From Ophelia neglecta (lineage: Eukaryota), in the NCBI GenBank assembly GCA_965285935.1, contig OZ260661.1, positions 43,462,001 through 43,526,000 on the forward strand: 64,000 nucleotides of DNA, written 5' to 3'. Numbering within the stretch: the first letter of the stretch is position 1; each line of letters begins with the position of its first letter. Below, one piece after another: positions 60,176 to 64,000 of the stretch. Under the pieces are notes generated by a model. That model was given only the letters and a program-made list of their open reading frames with translations. It did no database searches and had not been told where the DNA came from. The translations under genes and the position numbers were made by a program.

Positions 60176-63100
60176 TCATCTGAAGGAGGCAGGGCTGCTG
60201 TTGCTGCTGCTCCTGCTGTGTCCCTCAGCACCGCCTCCTCCTGATCTGCTGTTCCTGCCACTCTCTGATGTGCGGTCTTGTTGATGGCTGCTTCCTGCGG
60301 CTGATCTCGGCGACTGGCCTCCCCATGATGACTGAGGTGAGGGAGAGGAGGCATTGGCTCCTCCCATTCCCTGCCTAGATCCACTCACAGCTCCAGCATG
60401 ATTAGAACCTGCTCCTGAACTTCCTAGAGCACCACCGAGATTCTGAGGCATGGCCCCTTGGCCCCCCTGCATTCCCACTCCAATACCAGCTCCAGAGCCA
60501 GTGGGACGCACTATACCCACAGGAAGACTGTACGCCTCGCCCCGGTCCAGCAGGGGCATGTTCTGAGGTATACCCTGCTGAGAGCCCAGGACAGGGTTGG
60601 TGGGAGGGAGGTGAGCCATGGGGGCCAGGGCCATGGACTGAGCTCCCCCATCATGGTCCTCTTCCTCTGTGCCATCAGGGTTTTCTGGCAGGTCCATACG
60701 ACGACTAGAAAGCACCAACCCATTTGCCCCGGATGAAAAGTCTCCCTGGCTCATACAGTTACTGCTGCGGCCATTATCATAATCAGCCAGAGAAGCAAGA
60801 TCCGCGGGACACTCAAAGTGGACACAGTGGAACACCTGAAAAAAACAAAACTTGTTCATAGCTAGCAACCTAAATATAGTCCAAAACTTTTTAAAGGCCA
60901 ATTATGTGAACAATCATTTCTATATATTCTTAAAGTGAAATCTGACAGTTTTGGGCAAGACCCCTTCCATATATATTTATAAGACAGGAAACCGGTACAT
61001 GAACCTATTTTTCACAATTTTCAGCAATGCAGAGCTTGAGGAAAGTTTCATGTACCATTAAAGTCTTTTTCACTGTAGATCCTTTGGAGGTTTATGAGGT
61101 ATTAATAATGAGGTCTTTTTTTTGTCTTTATTAAATTTCTATGCTAATGATCCCCATTACAATGTCAAACTGGTTGTTATTCATTCATGTCCTTCGTGAT
61201 ATTTCACTGAATTCTGTTAACTAGTAGCAGTGCACCTACCTCATTTGCTGTGTTGTGCGTGCCCACAATTTTAATGAATATAACTGGTCGCTTTTCAAAT
61301 ACAATTGTTTGCCACGATCGACATGCCTCCTTGGTTTTGTCAGCCACTAGATGCCAGTGCTGTTCATCGGTAGAAACTTCAACGTAGTAACTATAACTTC
61401 GGCCATCACAGTCCCACAACAACAGTCTGTGTAGAAATCAATACAATAAATATCATTTCTTACAGACTATAGGGTAGACAATGATATATACTCATAAAAC
61501 ATCTATCATAATTAAACACAATCTTTACAAGTATTCAATGATAAAATTTTCATTGGATATAAAGCCTTCATGCCATGAGAACATGGAGGTGACATATTAG
61601 ATTTAAAGACTGGTTCACACCTAATAGATCCAATGAAATAGCACTGGGCGAGTTGGACTACGATGGCCCCAGAGCCCAGCTGGTGACAGGTGTACCCAGA
61701 ATCCCAGTCATAGTTCTTAGTATCACCGTTGATCAGAGCATTACGACTGCGACTTACACCTTCGATCACACAAGCGCTCATAGGTATAGTGGCTACATTC
61801 TCGCTGGGAACTGCAAAATGACATGGGGACTATTATTACAAGCACAGATTGTGAAATAGTTGCGATCAAAAAACTTTGCTGATTTCCTACACTGTACAAC
61901 AGGACAGTACAACATTGAAGGATACTTGGAGATTATATGATGATGCATGGCTGTTAAGTGCTGCTGAAAACCATGTAATTCATTTATGTATAACCCAGGT
62001 ATATTAAAGCCAATGATAAGATGACTCTTACCTATAACTCCGTTTTCCAGAGTAACAGACCGTTTTGTGTACAGAGCTTCCAGACAGACCAGATGGAACA
62101 CACGGTTGACTGTGTTGTGAGTTCCGACCACTCGTATGTATTTGACCACTCTCTCCGGGAATCTCATATACTGCCAAGAGCGACAGAGGTATCGAGTATG
62201 GTCGACAATTCTCACCCAGTCCTTGTCATCCATTGATACCTCTATGTAGTAGGAATACGACCTGTGATAATGACAAATGTTTATTATTCAACAAACTGAA
62301 TTTAATCACACTGAATTTGCAAACAAATTTATACTAACATGTACCACAGGAAAGGACACACATGAAATTTTGTTTTACATAAAATTTATTTTCAATATTC
62401 AAGCTCATTTTTGTCTGACTCTAAGATAAGCTTCTTGGTAAGATCCAAATCAATTAAGATTTAATAGTGTAAGACGCTTAACAAGTTTGGTACACCAACC
62501 TCATGTCCCTGTCCCACAGCAGCATTTTGATGGCATTGATGATAGAGGGCATCTCCAGCTTGATGACAATGCCTTGGCCCTCGTTATCATCCATGGGATG
62601 TCTTGTAAACCCACGGTCCAGGTCGTAGTTTTGGCAGTCCCCATCTAACAGGGAGGCCTTCATCTCCCCTCTAATTACCTGGGCACCATGGCGAAGAGTG
62701 GCTACATTCTCTTCTGGAGCTAAAGAGCAATTTGAATTTTTTGAAACTTAAACAGTTACCAACCAGAATGAAGAACATTGTTAACACTTGATAAATCTAG
62801 CAGTAATAAGTATATTTTTCACAGAAAAGAAATACCTGTAACTTCTGTTCAAAGCTCAACATAAGTAACATGTAATGTAAGGCTGTTGCTGGTTGCATGT
62901 ATTCACCAATAACTAAAGATATATATTTTTATCAATTTCAAAATATGAACAGTTGCTACTCACTAAGAAAGCCTCTGTACTTCAATTCCATGTCCCTACT
63001 CTCATTCTTCATTTTGATGGCATCTAGAATGGCGTCTGCTGACACCAGATTGGATGGTCTGACAACATTAAGGAGGTTATCTAGTGACATTAAAGGCAAG

Positions 63101-63695
63101 CGCACACAGCACACGATGCCCTCCAGTTTTTCCTCAGGGTTTTTCTCGGCCCATTGATAAACTGCCTTGAATATGTCAATTTCAGGAGCACAAAATGAAT
63201 TTCTGGAAATGACTTCCGAAAGAGCAGTCTGCAATTGAGATATTTATTAAGTTAATTATGGTCTGCATAATTATAACAAGAGATGAAACCTTGCTTTTAT
63301 GATAATTTAACTAACACTGAATTAAGAGCCCCCCCCCCCCTCCCCCAATGCTAACTTTTTAAATGCAAAACCATGTATTAGTGAATTTAATCATCTTTTT
63401 CTTTATTTCCTTGCATTTTCATCAATCTTTTACATAAAGTCAACAAACATGTGCAATTGCTTACCCCCGACAGGGCTAAGAGAGCCTCGTTTTGTATAAG
63501 TTCGGCAGCATTTCTGTCCATGAACTCACAGGAAGTCTCACACAGTGAAGTCAAGCTGTACATGCTGGCTATGTCGTAAATGAAACAGACATTTCGAATG
63601 TTTAATATCGCCTTCAGGTAGTCAGAAATTGACGATTCTAATTCTACAAAACCATACTGATGAGCAAGTCCTAAAACATCCAGCAGAACCTCTTC
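60176..63695 (-). CDS. BTBD9: BTB/POZ domain-containing protein 9 (end of BTB, BACK, two F5/8-type C/discoidin-like domains); 5' exons lie right of the window
   Basis: Phase-compatible exons 63695-63465, 63228-62964, 62719-62500, 62261-62032, 61810-61621, 61426-61240, 60835-60176. Diagnostic peptides VIEGVSRSRNALINGDTKNYDWDSGYTCHQLGSGAIVVQLAQ, LLWDCDGRSYSYYVEVS and IVGTHNTANEVFHCVHFECP. Confidence 0.96.
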
Positions 63696-63735
63696 CTGAA
63701 AAGAAATAATTGCCTTGCTAATTCTTGATAATAAA

Positions 63736-64000
63736 TAAGGCCAAATAAAATAGATTAGTATGTGATTCCAGTAACCTACCAGCCCTCTGAAGTGACTAAA
63801 ATAAAAATTGTATTAAATTTTTCTCATACTGAATTTTCAGAATTCACTACCAGAAAAAAAAATTGTTAATACTGTTACGTGTTGCATTAATATATATTGT
63901 TAATAGCCCAAAAAGTTATAGCCAAAAAAAAAAAGAATTCAATCATTTTCCTACCTACCTACCCTAATTTTTCTCGGCACTTTACTGGAAACATAGAATC
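63736..64000. mobile_element. MITE-like element in a BTBD9 intron, truncated by the window end
   Basis: GATTAGTATGTGATTCCAGTAA (63753-63774) is an imperfect inverted repeat of TTACTGGAAACATAGAATC (63982-64000); CCTACC motifs lie inside both ends. Confidence 0.5.

Noticed and set aside
60332-60388. 57-nt in-frame exitron in the BTBD9 last exon (GTGAGT...CCTCAG)
   Set aside because: Sites look plausible, but it is half the size of the shortest confident intron here (~113 nt), does not explain the second frame, and has no supporting evidence.

Overview
AT-rich, intron-containing animal genomic DNA (invertebrate bilaterian, plausibly lophotrochozoan; species cannot be determined). Left to right: (1) the 3' exons of a multi-PLAT-domain LOXHD1-like gene (+, to 4608), whose last PLAT domain carries a ~300-aa charged insertion. 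(2) ~40 kb with no recognisable host coding exons, holding two minisatellites, MITE-like remnants and an intact, very young ~5.16-kb Ngaro-type tyrosine-recombinase retrotransposon (-, 32870-38029) with split direct repeats, a predicted -1 frameshift site and a predicted Gag-recombinase splice. (3) The main finding: a five-exon + strand gene (47860-56245, ~1403 aa) joining an ectodomain-less LGR/RXFP/GRL101-like 7TM domain to a catalytically degenerate protein-kinase domain, which is itself split by a ~760-aa disordered insert rich in SH2/SH3/degron-like motifs. (4) The convergent 3' part of BTBD9 (-). Gene models were built by hand from GT-AG sites and phase continuity; family assignments come from recognised motifs, and no database searches were run.
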